Below, in pieces: positions 43,512-52,688 of a stretch of 64,000 bases of DNA. The DNA comes from an uncultured Anaerolineae bacterium. GTDB lineage: Bacteria; Chloroflexota; Anaerolineae; Aggregatilineales; Phototrophicaceae. A program made the position numbers and the translations under genes. Location of the stretch: the NCBI GenBank assembly GCA_938022205.1, contig CALIEB010000016.1, forward strand, positions 4,213-68,212, given 5' to 3'. The notes beneath the pieces were generated by a model. It ran no database searches. It saw nothing but the letters and a program-made list of their open reading frames with translations, and was not told the DNA's origin. Positions within the stretch are counted from its first letter, which is position 1; each line of letters begins with the position of its first letter.

Positions 43512-45722
43512 CTATCCTACGAACAAACGGCGCAGCGTGCGGGCGTAGTTCACGATATGCCAACGCTGCTCGTCCGTCAAGTCGCCTTGACAGGCGGGCA
43601 TGCGTCGCCAGCCTTCCTGCGTGGCGCGGAAGAGCGTCTCGTCGCGCATGGTCTCAATCTGGTTTATCAGGGCGCGAAAGTCGGTCACGCCTTGCCAGCC
43701 GATGCAGTGCGCCTCGTAGAGCGCGCGCCCCTCGCGCAGCGACTGCTGTGTGGGCAAGATGGGGTTGAAGAGCGTGGGCGGTGGGTTCTCTAACAGGCTG
43801 GTGGCGCGCCCTTGCTCCTCGATATACCAAGCGGAAAAGGCTAAGACCGCGCTCGTTAGCACAATTGCCGCCCCCGCCGCAAACAGCGACTGCGGCGCGA
43901 AGTTGAGCTTGCCCGCCCACCGCCGCAGCGTCGGCAGCGCGATATAGACCAGCGCGCCCGCCACGCTCAGTGCCACCAGCACCGCCAGCGGTGAGGGCGG
44001 CAGCGCGACGATGAGGCTGCTCTCGGCGGTCACGTCCCACGTGGCGACGGCGCGCACCGGCTCCCCGTCGGCGGGCAGCACGTCCACCAGCGTCCACCAT
44101 GCCCCCAGCGCGTCGACATCGCCCAAGCCTACCACGTACAAGCCGGTTTCGACCGGCTCGGCGCGGTGTTCGCGGCGGTGCAAATCGCGCTCGGGGTGGA
44201 CGAACTGCACGCGCACGTCGGCGGCATCAAGTGGCTTGTCGTCGCGCAAGACCAGCACGTCCAGCGTGTTCACGCCCACGCCACCCGGGCTAAGCGTGAG
44301 CGTCACGCTGTAATTGCCCTCGTACGCCTGCGCGGTCGGCGCAGAGAGGTCGCGGGTGAGGAACTCGGGCTGGGGAAGAGGCGTTGCGCTGAGCGTGCTA
44401 GCGGCGGTAACGGTCAACCCTGCCACGAGCAGCTCCAGCCGCAGCGTCATGCCGAATTGGGCAAAGCGCGCCAGCACGCCGCCCGCCTTTGGGCGCAGCG
44501 CGAGCCAGTGCGCGCCGCCCATCGCCAGCAGACCACCCACCAGCAGCAACTTCACACCCAGTGTCGCGCCGTAGCGTGAGGCGAAGTCTTCGGGGCTGAA
44601 AAACCAGTTGGTGCTGCTGTAAATGCCGGTGAGGACGACGACCGCCACCACGCCTACCAGCAGCGCACTGGCGCGGCGCATGGCGGCACGCAGCGCGGCA
44701 GCGCGTGCTTCACCCGCGTAAGGTTGCAGGGCAGCCGGCAGCACGATGACCAAGCCCGCTAGCGCGCCCACCCAGAACGCCACCGCCAGCGTATGCAGCC
44801 AGTGCATCAGCAGCGCGACCCACGCCAGCACCAACGACCCCGCCGCGTGGCTAACAATCGCTTGCGCGCCAATCAACAGGGCAACCGCCCACACCTGCGC
44901 GCCCCAGAAAGCGCGCACGCTGCGTGGGTACTCACGGCGCACGTAGAGGCTGCCCAGCCACAGCGCGCCAATCAACAGCAGCAACAGCATTTGCGCGTTC
45001 CAAACGTCGCCGAAGCGTGAGCCAATGCGCACGACCTCCCACAGCTGTCCGCTTAGCACGGTTGGCGCGTCCACGCCGAAGTACGCCATGCTCTGTTGCA
45101 GCAGTGCCAGCACGTTCGCGCCCACCGACAGCAGCAGTCCTACGCCGAACATGGCGTTAAGGCGGCGCATGACGCGCGGCGGCAGCCCGCCGGCGAGGTA
45201 CTTGGAGCTGCCCCACGCCGGCAAGAACACCCACACGTACAAGCCTGCCGCGCCAAACAACAGGGTGCTGCCTGCCGTGAGCAGTGCCTTCCAGACGATT
45301 TCTAGCGTGAGCGGTAGGTCGCTGGCGGCTTGGCTGGCGATGCTGCCTTGCGCGTTGCCAACGAAGAACACTTGGCTTTGCGCCACCGCGTGACCGTCGC
45401 CAAAGACCGGGCGTAGGTCGACGATGTACGCGCCGTCGCTCAACGCGCCCACCGGCAGCTGCAGCGTGAGCAAGGCGCGATTGTTGGGGTCTACCGCGCC
45501 TTCGGCGATGACGTTGCCGCTGGCATCGCGCAGGAAAAGCTGGCTAAAGCGCGGCTCGAGATTTTCGCTAAACCAATATTGTAGGCGCGTGGGAGCGCGT
45601 TCGAGCGTGCTGCGGTCGGCGGGGATGGCGCGCATCAAGTAGCCGTGCGCGGCGGCGGATTGCCCCCACAGCAGCGCGCACAGCAGCAGGAGCAGCAGGC
45701 GTGGGAGATGTCGTCTTGCCAT
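43512..45722 (-). CDS. CopC-CopD fusion copper-resistance/handling protein (YcnJ-like) with a C-terminal cytochrome-c-like domain lacking CxxCH
   Basis: A signal peptide is followed by a CopC domain (AHGYLMRAIPADRSTLERAPTRLQYWFSENLEPRFS...). About 8 TM helices of CopD type follow, then an Ig-like periplasmic segment. The last 90 aa resemble class-I cytochrome c (GRALYEAHCIGWQG...MPA...LTDEQRWHIVNYARTL). Confidence 0.82.
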   Translation of the reverse strand: MARRHLPRLLLLLLCALLWGQSAAAHGYLMRAIPADRSTLERAPTRLQYWFSENLEPRFSQLFLRDASGNVIAEGAVDPNNRALLTLQLPVGALSDGAYIVDLRPVFGDGHAVAQSQVFFVGNAQGSIASQAASDLPLTLEIVWKALLTAGSTLLFGAAGLYVWVFLPAWGSSKYLAGGLPPRVMRRLNAMFGVGLLLSVGANVLALLQQSMAYFGVDAPTVLSGQLWEVVRIGSRFGDVWNAQMLLLLLIGALWLGSLYVRREYPRSVRAFWGAQVWAVALLIGAQAIVSHAAGSLVLAWVALLMHWLHTLAVAFWVGALAGLVIVLPAALQPYAGEARAAALRAAMRRASALLVGVVAVVVLTGIYSSTNWFFSPEDFASRYGATLGVKLLLVGGLLAMGGAHWLALRPKAGGVLARFAQFGMTLRLELLVAGLTVTAASTLSATPLPQPEFLTRDLSAPTAQAYEGNYSVTLTLSPGGVGVNTLDVLVLRDDKPLDAADVRVQFVHPERDLHRREHRAEPVETGLYVVGLGDVDALGAWWTLVDVLPADGEPVRAVATWDVTAESSLIVALPPSPLAVLVALSVAGALVYIALPTLRRWAGKLNFAPQSLFAAGAAIVLTSAVLAFSAWYIEEQGRATSLLENPPPTLFNPILPTQQSLREGRALYEAHCIGWQGVTDFRALINQIETMRDETLFRATQEGWRRMPACQGDLTDEQRWHIVNYARTLRRLFVG

Positions 45723-45727
45723 CGTGC

Positions 45728-45913
45728 CTAGTCCAGTTGAAAGCGTTCGCCGTCTTGTGTAAGAATAGGCGCATCTTCAGCAGGTGTGTTGAGGGCTTCG
45801 CTGCGCCCCTGCAGCCACGCTCTGCCCATCATCAGCAAAAAGCCAATCGCTACGCTCAAAAAGATGACTTCGTCCCAATAGCCCAGCGCGCCGTGTGCCA
45901 AAAAAGCGGTCAT
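45728..45913 (-). CDS. Small hypothetical membrane protein (61 aa)
   Basis: One TM helix VIFLSVAIGFLLMMG. Its stop lies 5 nt before the CopCD start on the same strand, so it is plausibly co-transcribed. It is short, so confidence is modest. Confidence 0.45.
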   Translation of the reverse strand: MTAFLAHGALGYWDEVIFLSVAIGFLLMMGRAWLQGRSEALNTPAEDAPILTQDGERFQLD

Positions 45914-46078
45914 GCTAATCCTCTTTACGGCTTGTTCTGTGTTTCACAAACAGTATACCACGCGCCTTTGGGCAGACAATCTAAGAAAACGCTTATGGCA
46001 GCAAGAAAAGATACCCATACGTCAACTTCATTGGTACACTAGACCTATCGAGAACGGTCAAACAGGTTATAAGCAGCT

Positions 46079-48931
46079 ATGTCCTCACAAACAGCGTTTC
46101 ACGGTGTGAATGTTGGTTATATTTCGGAATTGTACGAGCGTTTTCTCGCGTCGCCAGAGGCGTTTGACCCGCGCACCCGTGCCTTTTTACAGCAGTGGGC
46201 GAGCGCGCAAAACGGCAGCCCCGCCCCCGCACCCAGCGCAACCGCCAGCGCGCCCCCTTTCGACATGCGCAAGGTGGTAGGCGCGATAAGCTACGCGCAA
46301 GCCATTCGCCAGTTCGGGCATCTCGCTGCCAAGCTCGACCCGCTGGGTTATAGCCAGCCGCCGGGTGACCCCGCGCTGGACCCCGCTGCGCACGGCATCA
46401 CCCGCGCCGACCTGCGCGCCCTGCCCGCCGACCTGCTCGACAGCCCCGTAAGCGCGCACAGTGCCAACCTGCTCGCGGCGTGCGACACGCTCATGCAAAT
46501 CTACGGCAGCACGATTGGCTTTGACAACGACCACATCCGTATCCCTGCCCAACGCGAATGGCTGCGCGAAGCGATTGAGTCGCGCAAGTATCGCTTTGAA
46601 GGCACGACCGAAGAGGCGCGCGCGCTCTTAGAACGCTTGGCGCAAGTCGAGGCGTTCGAGCGGTTCTTACAGCGCACCTTCCCTAGCAAGTACCGCTTCT
46701 CCATCGAGGGGCTGGACATGACCGTGCCGATGCTTGACGAAATTGTGCGCCTCTCCACCGACACTGGCGTGGAGACGATTGCGGTGGCGATGGCGCATCG
46801 CGGTCGCTTGAACGTCTTAGCGCACGTCATGCACAAGCCCTATGAGCTGATTTTGGCGGACTTTAAGGACTTTATCGAAATCCAAGAGCAGCAGTCCAGC
46901 GTGGGCTGGACAATGGACGACGTGAAGTATCACAAGGCGTGGAAGCGCACGATTACCACCGCCAGCGGTCACGCGCTGACGTTGACCATGCCGCCCAACC
47001 CCAGCCATCTCGAGGCGGTCAATCCGGTGGCGGTGGGCATGGCGCGCGCCGCCGGCACAGACACTAGCAAGCCCGGCATGCCCTTCTTCGACAAGCACAA
47101 GACCATGCAAATTCTCATTCACGGCGACGCGGCGTTTCCAGGTCAGGGCATCGTCGCCGAAACTTTCAACCTCTCGCGTCTGCCGGGCTATTGGACGGGC
47201 GGCACTATTCACTTTATCCTCAACAACCAAATCGGCTTTACGACCCTGCCGCGCGACGCACGCAGCTCCATTTACGCCAGCGACCTCGCCAAAGGCTTCA
47301 AAGTGCCGATTATTCACGTCAACGCCGATGACCCCGCCGCCTGCATCGAAGTGGCGCGCATCGCGTGGGGCTATCAGCACGAGTTTGAGCAAGACATTGT
47401 CATCGACCTCATCGGCTATCGTCGGCACGGACACAACGAGCTTGACGAGCCGCGCTTTACCCAACCCACCATGTACAGCTTTATCGACAAGCATCCCACC
47501 GTGCGCAAGCAGTGGCAAAACCTGCTGGTCGGCAAAGGGCAAGTCAGCGACGACGAAGCCGAAGCCTTGTACCAGATGCACGAGGCACGGCTGCAAGCCA
47601 TCTACAGCGAGCTTGAGCCGCAGCATATCCACCTGCCCAAGCCCGAACGTCCTGAAGTAGGCGCAGCGCGTAAAGTACAAACGGCTGTGCCGCTCGAACG
47701 CTTGCAGGCGATTAACGACGGTTTGGCGGGGACGTTGGAGGGCTTTAACTTCTACTCGGCGCGCTTTGAGAAGACCATTCGCGCCCGCCGCACGACGCTC
47801 AATGACCCGCACGCCAAAGTCATTGACTGGGCAACCGCCGAAGAGTTCGCGCTGGCGACCATCCTCGCTGACGGCATCCCCATTCGCCTGACAGGGCAGG
47901 ACAGCGAGCGCGGCACGTTCAGCCACCGCCACGCCGTGCTGTACGATGCCAAGACCGGCGAACCGATGTCACCGCTAATGAGTTTCCCGCAGGCACGCGC
48001 CGCCTTCGAGGTGCGCAACAGCCCGCTTTCGGAGTACGCCGCGCTGGGCTTTGAGTACGGCTACAACGTGCAAGCTCCCGACCGCCTCGTGATTTGGGAG
48101 GCGCAATACGGTGACTTCATCAACGGCGCGCAAACGGTCGTGGACGAGTTTATCACGTCGGCGCGCGAGAAGTGGGGGCAAACGCCTTCGCTGGTGCTGT
48201 TGCTGCCGCACGGGCATGAGGGCGCGGGTCCTGACCACTCCAGCGCGCGCCTCGAGCGGTTCTTGCAGCTGGCGGCGCGCTTCAACATGCGCATCGCCAA
48301 CTGCACCACCGCCGCGCAGTATTTCCACCTGTTGCGCCGCCAAGCCCTGCTGCTGAAGACGGACCCGCTGCCGCTGGTAGTCATGTCGCCGAAGAGCTTG
48401 CTGCGCAATCCGGATGTGGCTTCGGCAGCAGTTGAGCTGAGCGGGGACACGCGCTGGCAGCCCATCATCGACGACCCCGACGTAGACCCCAATGCGGTCA
48501 CGCGCTTGGTCTTTTGCAGCGGCAAGTTCTACTACGACCTCATGGGCGGACTGGACGAAAAACGCCTCGAAGAAATTCAAACCGCCAGCAACGTGGCACA
48601 CCTCAAGCCGTTCAAGCGCGCCGATTATCCGCACATCGCCTTTGTGCGCGTTGAACAGCTTTATCCCTTCCCCTTAGAAGCCTTTACGGCGATTTTCCAG
48701 AAGTACACGCAGGTCAAGCAAATTGTTTGGGCGCAAGAAGAGCCGAAGAACATGGGCGCGTGGGAGTTCATGAACTATCGCATCAAGAAGATGGTCGGCA
48801 TGCAAACGCCGGTGAACTATGTCGGGCGGCGGCGCAGCCCTAGCCCTGCAGAAGGCTCGAAGACAGCGTACTTGGTCAATCAGGCGATTGTGATTGATGC
48901 GGCGTTTAATTTTGTGTTTCGCCAGGCATAA
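46079..48931 (+). CDS. sucA: 2-oxoglutarate dehydrogenase E1 component
   Basis: 950 aa. Typical E1o segments are present: SYISELYERF-like N-terminus (GYISELYERF), RFSIEGLD, AMAHRGRLNVLAHV, IHGDAAFPGQG, HRHGHNELDEPRFTQP and LLLPHGHEGAGPDHSSARLERFLQL. Confidence 0.93.
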   Translation: MSSQTAFHGVNVGYISELYERFLASPEAFDPRTRAFLQQWASAQNGSPAPAPSATASAPPFDMRKVVGAISYAQAIRQFGHLAAKLDPLGYSQPPGDPALDPAAHGITRADLRALPADLLDSPVSAHSANLLAACDTLMQIYGSTIGFDNDHIRIPAQREWLREAIESRKYRFEGTTEEARALLERLAQVEAFERFLQRTFPSKYRFSIEGLDMTVPMLDEIVRLSTDTGVETIAVAMAHRGRLNVLAHVMHKPYELILADFKDFIEIQEQQSSVGWTMDDVKYHKAWKRTITTASGHALTLTMPPNPSHLEAVNPVAVGMARAAGTDTSKPGMPFFDKHKTMQILIHGDAAFPGQGIVAETFNLSRLPGYWTGGTIHFILNNQIGFTTLPRDARSSIYASDLAKGFKVPIIHVNADDPAACIEVARIAWGYQHEFEQDIVIDLIGYRRHGHNELDEPRFTQPTMYSFIDKHPTVRKQWQNLLVGKGQVSDDEAEALYQMHEARLQAIYSELEPQHIHLPKPERPEVGAARKVQTAVPLERLQAINDGLAGTLEGFNFYSARFEKTIRARRTTLNDPHAKVIDWATAEEFALATILADGIPIRLTGQDSERGTFSHRHAVLYDAKTGEPMSPLMSFPQARAAFEVRNSPLSEYAALGFEYGYNVQAPDRLVIWEAQYGDFINGAQTVVDEFITSAREKWGQTPSLVLLLPHGHEGAGPDHSSARLERFLQLAARFNMRIANCTTAAQYFHLLRRQALLLKTDPLPLVVMSPKSLLRNPDVASAAVELSGDTRWQPIIDDPDVDPNAVTRLVFCSGKFYYDLMGGLDEKRLEEIQTASNVAHLKPFKRADYPHIAFVRVEQLYPFPLEAFTAIFQKYTQVKQIVWAQEEPKNMGAWEFMNYRIKKMVGMQTPVNYVGRRRSPSPAEGSKTAYLVNQAIVIDAAFNFVFRQA

Positions 48932-48967
48932 CGGCGCGCAGCCGTCAACAAGCAAGGAGCAGAGAAC

Positions 48968-50212
48968 ATGACGTTTAACATTGTCGTTCCCCCGTTGAGC
49001 GAGTCGGTCGTGGAGGCTACCGTATCGGAGTGGCTGAAGAAGGTCGGTGACCCTGTCAAAGCCGGCGAGGTGGTCGTCGTCTTAGAGACGGACAAGGTGT
49101 CCTTAGAAGTGGTTGCAGATGGTGACGGCGTGCTAGAGCAAATTCTGCACGACAAGGGCGCGGACGTGGGCGCAGGCGCGGTCTTGGGCGTGGTCAGCGG
49201 CACAGCTAGCGCGCCCGTCACGCTGCCCCCTGCATCGCCCGCACAGGCAAAGCCGCCCGCCGCTGTCGACGCGCCGAAAGCCACCCCTGTCGCCAAGCGC
49301 GTGGCGGATGCCAACGCGGTCGACCTCGCGCAGGTCACGCCCCGCGACGGCAGTCGCATCACCAAAACTGACGTGCAAGACCACCTGAGCAAGGCACAAT
49401 CTCCCACGCCTTTACAAGCTCCCATGCCTGTGCAAGCTCCCACGCCTTTACAAGCTCCTGCGCCTGTGCCTGCGCCGCCGGCGGGGCTTAGCTTCACGGT
49501 GGGCGATGTCAATCCCCGCGAAACCCGCACCAAGATGACGCGCCGCCGCCGCACCATCGCCCAACGACTGCTGGAAGCCAAGCAAGCCACCGCCATGCTC
49601 ACCACCTTCAACGAGATTGACATGAGCAGCGTCATGGCGATTCGCGCCAAGCGCAAGGATGCTTTCCAGAAGAAATACGGCGTGAGCTTGGGCTTTAGCT
49701 CGTTCTTCGTCAAGGCGGTGATTGGCGCGCTGAAGGCGTTCCCCCAGCTCAACGCCGAGATTGTCGACAACGACATTATTACCAAGCACTACTACGACAT
49801 AGGGATTGCCATTGGCGCGGAAGAGGGCTTGGTGGTGCCGGTGCTGCGCGATGCCGACCGCTTGAGCTTCGCGCAAATCGAGCAGCAGATTAAGGACTTC
49901 GCCGAGCAAGCGCGCAACGGCACGTTGAGCATCGAGTCGCTCATGGGCGGCACGTTCACCATCACCAACGGCGGCGTGTTCGGCTCGCTGATGAGTACGC
50001 CTATTTTGAACCATCCGCAGGTCGGCATCTTGGGCTTGCACGCCATTAAAGAGCGTCCGGTGGTCGTCAACGGCGAAATCGTCGTGCGCCCGATGATGTA
50101 CGTGGCGTTGAGCTATGACCACCGCATTGTCGACGGGCGCGAGTCGGTGCAGTTCCTCGTCAAGGTCAAGGAGCTTATCGAAGACCCCGAAAGCCTGTTG
50201 ATTGAGGGCTAG
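48968..50212 (+). CDS. sucB: Dihydrolipoyllysine-residue succinyltransferase (E2o)
   Basis: Lipoyl domain with VVLETDKVSLEV. The E3-binding domain reads TPVAKRVADANAVDLAQVTPRDGSRITKTDV, followed by a P/A linker. The catalytic domain ends ALSYDHRIVDGRESVQFL. Confidence 0.92.
   Translation: MTFNIVVPPLSESVVEATVSEWLKKVGDPVKAGEVVVVLETDKVSLEVVADGDGVLEQILHDKGADVGAGAVLGVVSGTASAPVTLPPASPAQAKPPAAVDAPKATPVAKRVADANAVDLAQVTPRDGSRITKTDVQDHLSKAQSPTPLQAPMPVQAPTPLQAPAPVPAPPAGLSFTVGDVNPRETRTKMTRRRRTIAQRLLEAKQATAMLTTFNEIDMSSVMAIRAKRKDAFQKKYGVSLGFSSFFVKAVIGALKAFPQLNAEIVDNDIITKHYYDIGIAIGAEEGLVVPVLRDADRLSFAQIEQQIKDFAEQARNGTLSIESLMGGTFTITNGGVFGSLMSTPILNHPQVGILGLHAIKERPVVVNGEIVVRPMMYVALSYDHRIVDGRESVQFLVKVKELIEDPESLLIEG
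49401..49472 (+). repeat. Imperfect 36-bp tandem duplication inside the sucB linker
   Basis: Unit 1 (49401-49436) is ctcccacgcctttacaagctcccatgcctgtgcaag. Unit 2 (49437-49472) is ctcccacgcctttacaagctcctgcgcctgtgcctg. Together they encode (S)PTPLQAPMPVQA / PTPLQAPAPVPA. Confidence 0.85.
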
Positions 50213-51401
50213 CGCGGCGGTGTCATCCTTGCTCTACGTGTCGCTCATGCGCTTTCCCACCGAGAAGGCGCATGGGCTGCAAATCATGCAGAACTGCGAG
50301 GCGTTCGCGGCGGCGGGCTGGCACGTGCGCTTGTGGGTGAGCGGACGCGCCAACACGCCCGCCATGCGTGCCGTTGCTGACCCCTTTGCCTTTTACGGCG
50401 TGGCGCGCACGTTCGACGTGATGCGCTTGCCCGTGCTTGACCTGATGCCCTACACGCGCGGCGCGTTGGAACGTCTGGCATTCTATCTGGTCACGTTGAG
50501 CTACTTGTTGATGCTGTGCTTGCGCCTGCCGTTCGTACGCGCCGACCGCTACTACACGCGCGATGAGGCGGTGGCTTGGCTGCTGACGTGGCTCAAGCCG
50601 CGCGCGCGCGTGGTCTACGAAGCGCACCAGTTCGCACCGCGTGGCGGTCGCGGCGCGTGGTTGCAAAGGCAGGTCTGCCGCCGTGTCGGGCTGGTAGTGG
50701 CGATTACCGCGCCGCTGCGAGACGACCTCATCGCCGAGCGTGGCGCACCGCCTGAGCGCGTCCTCGTCGCGCACGACGGCTTCCAAGCGCGCCGCTTCGC
50801 CGAGCTGCCCACGCCGGCGCAAGCGCGCGCGCAGTTGGGCTGGGCGGAGAGCGCGTTCATCGTTGGCTATGTCGGGCGGCTGCAAACGCTGCATCACGAT
50901 AAGGGCGTTGGCGCGCTGGCGCAGGTGGTCGCGCCGCTGGCGGGTGTGTCGCTGGCGATTGTCGGCGGCGAAGACGCGCAGCTCGTGTCCGTTCGCGCCG
51001 CGTGGGGCAGCATGGGCGGCACAGACGACCGCCTGTACTTGACGGGGCAAGTCGCGCCCGCGCTCGTGCCGCTCGCGCTGGCGGCGTGCGACGTGTGCGT
51101 CATGCCGCACCCCAACAACGTCTACTACACGCGCTATTCTTCGCCGATGAAGCTGTTCGAGTACATGGCGGCCGGCAAGCCCATCGTGGCGATGGCTTTC
51201 CCGTCTTGGGCGGACGTGCTGCGCGACGAGGAGAACGCGCTGCTGCTGCCGCCTGAAGACCCCGCCGCGCTGCGTGCCGCGCTGCTAAGGCTGCGCGATG
51301 ACGCGCCGCTGCGCGAGCGTCTGGGGCAAAACGCGCGCAACGCGGCATTTCATCTCTATACATGGGAAGCGCGCGCGCGTAAAATATTATCCGTTTGTTA
51401 A
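50202..51401 (+). CDS. Glycosyltransferase family 4 (GT-B, group 1)
   Basis: An N-terminal GT4 beginning (LLYVSLMRFPTEKAHGLQIMQ) is present. The C-terminal sugar-nucleotide motif is SSPMKLFEYMAAGKPIVA. The start is uncertain among TTG 50202, GTG 50220 and ATG 50247. It overlaps or abuts the sucB stop. Confidence 0.8.
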   Translation: MRASAAVSSLLYVSLMRFPTEKAHGLQIMQNCEAFAAAGWHVRLWVSGRANTPAMRAVADPFAFYGVARTFDVMRLPVLDLMPYTRGALERLAFYLVTLSYLLMLCLRLPFVRADRYYTRDEAVAWLLTWLKPRARVVYEAHQFAPRGGRGAWLQRQVCRRVGLVVAITAPLRDDLIAERGAPPERVLVAHDGFQARRFAELPTPAQARAQLGWAESAFIVGYVGRLQTLHHDKGVGALAQVVAPLAGVSLAIVGGEDAQLVSVRAAWGSMGGTDDRLYLTGQVAPALVPLALAACDVCVMPHPNNVYYTRYSSPMKLFEYMAAGKPIVAMAFPSWADVLRDEENALLLPPEDPAALRAALLRLRDDAPLRERLGQNARNAAFHLYTWEARARKILSVC

Positions 51402-51521
51402 GCCATCGTGAACTCTTAGCTTAGCCTTAGCCATGCTATCCTGTCACGTCTCACCTATGTTCTAAAGGCGAGACGCTGACCAACAAGCGTTTACCATGCC
51501 AACATCACCTGAGGAGCAGCA

Positions 51522-52670
51522 ATGAGCGATAAACCTATCCGCGTGGCGATTGCCGGTGTGGGCAACTGCGCGTCTTCACTTGTACAGGGCATTTACTACT
51601 ATGCTGACGCGCGTGAGGATGACTTCGTGCCCGGCATCATGCATGTCACTCTTGGTGGCTATCACATTCGTGACCTAACGTTTGTGGCGGCGTTCGATGT
51701 CGACAGCGACAAAGTTGGCAAAGACCTCAGCGAAGCCATCTTTAGCGGGCAAAACAACACCGTCGTGTTCGCTGACGTGCCGCACACGGGCGTAACGGTA
51801 CAGCGCGCGCCGACGTTGGATGGGCTTGGCACTTACCTCGCGCAAAAAATCCGCGAGAGCGACGCGCCTGCTGTGGACGTGGCGCAAGCACTGCGCGATA
51901 GCCGCGCCGACGTGCTAATTTGCTACCTGCCCGTTGGCAGTCAACAGGCTGTGGAAATGTATGCTCAAGCCTGCCTTGACGCGGGCGTGGCGTTTGTTAA
52001 CGCTATCCCCGTGTTTATCGCCAGCAACCCTGCGTGGCAAGCCAAGTTTGAAGCAGCGGGGCTGCCGGTCTTGGGCGACGACATCAAGAGCCAAGTCGGC
52101 GCGACGATTGTACATCGCGTTCTCGCCAACCTGTTCAAGGCGCGCGGCGTGAAGTTAGAGCGCACCAGCCAGCTCAACGTCGGCGGCAACATGGACTTTT
52201 ACAACATGCTCGACCGTAGTCGCCTCGAGAGCAAGAAAATCAGCAAGACCAACGCTGTGACCAGCCAATTAGATGAGCCGCTGCCCGCCGACGACGTGTA
52301 CATCGGACCCAGCGACTACGTGCCTTGGCTGCAAGACCGCAAGTGGGCGCACATTCGCCTTGAGGGACGCAGCTTTGGCGATGTGCCGCTGACGATTGAG
52401 CTAAAGCTCGAAGTTGTCGACAGTCCCAACAGCGCGGGCGTGATGATTGACGCGCTGCGTTGCGCCAAGATGGCTTTAGATAGAGGTTTAGCGGGCGCAA
52501 TCGAAGCCCCTAGCAGCTACTTTTTCAAGACTCCGCCTATCCAGCCCGACGACAACACGTCTCGTGACATGCTTGAGGCGTTTATTGCGGGTGAGAGCTA
52601 CGAATGGCAGGGCAAGGAGCGCACGCAAGGCACGGCGAAACAGCGCACGACGCACTCGAGCGGCGCGTAG
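51522..52670 (+). CDS. ino1: Inositol-3-phosphate synthase (myo-inositol-1-phosphate synthase)
   Basis: 382 aa. The NAD motif is [21 protein letters not shown]. Conserved prokaryotic MIPS blocks are also present: [33 protein letters not shown] and [12 protein letters not shown]. Confidence 0.9.
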   Translation: MSDKPIRVAIAGVGNCASSLVQGIYYYADAREDDFVPGIMHVTLGGYHIRDLTFVAAFDVDSDKVGKDLSEAIFSGQNNTVVFADVPHTGVTVQRAPTLDGLGTYLAQKIRESDAPAVDVAQALRDSRADVLICYLPVGSQQAVEMYAQACLDAGVAFVNAIPVFIASNPAWQAKFEAAGLPVLGDDIKSQVGATIVHRVLANLFKARGVKLERTSQLNVGGNMDFYNMLDRSRLESKKISKTNAVTSQLDEPLPADDVYIGPSDYVPWLQDRKWAHIRLEGRSFGDVPLTIELKLEVVDSPNSAGVMIDALRCAKMALDRGLAGAIEAPSSYFFKTPPIQPDDNTSRDMLEAFIAGESYEWQGKERTQGTAKQRTTHSSGA

Positions 52671-52688
52671 TCTGCGGGCATGCTGCGG

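Noticed and set aside
43512-43790. Calling the CopCD C-terminal domain a functional c-type cytochrome
   Set aside because: There is no CxxCH anywhere in the domain (CIGWQ instead). It is reported as a degenerate motif and not as a heme protein.
45914-46078. Intergenic regions (also 51402-51521 and 63653-63934) scanned for tRNA or small RNA genes
   Set aside because: I saw no tRNA-like acceptor/T-arm sequence (GGTTCGAATCC-type) or other recognisable RNA family. Only promoter-like AT-rich tracts are present.
46817-47932. 371-aa ORF antisense to sucA
   Set aside because: It lies inside a highly conserved E1o gene and its translation has no family features.
50223-51110. 295-aa ORF antisense to the GT4 gene
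   Set aside because: It has Arg/His/Gln-rich low-complexity composition and is a shadow ORF of a GC-rich gene.
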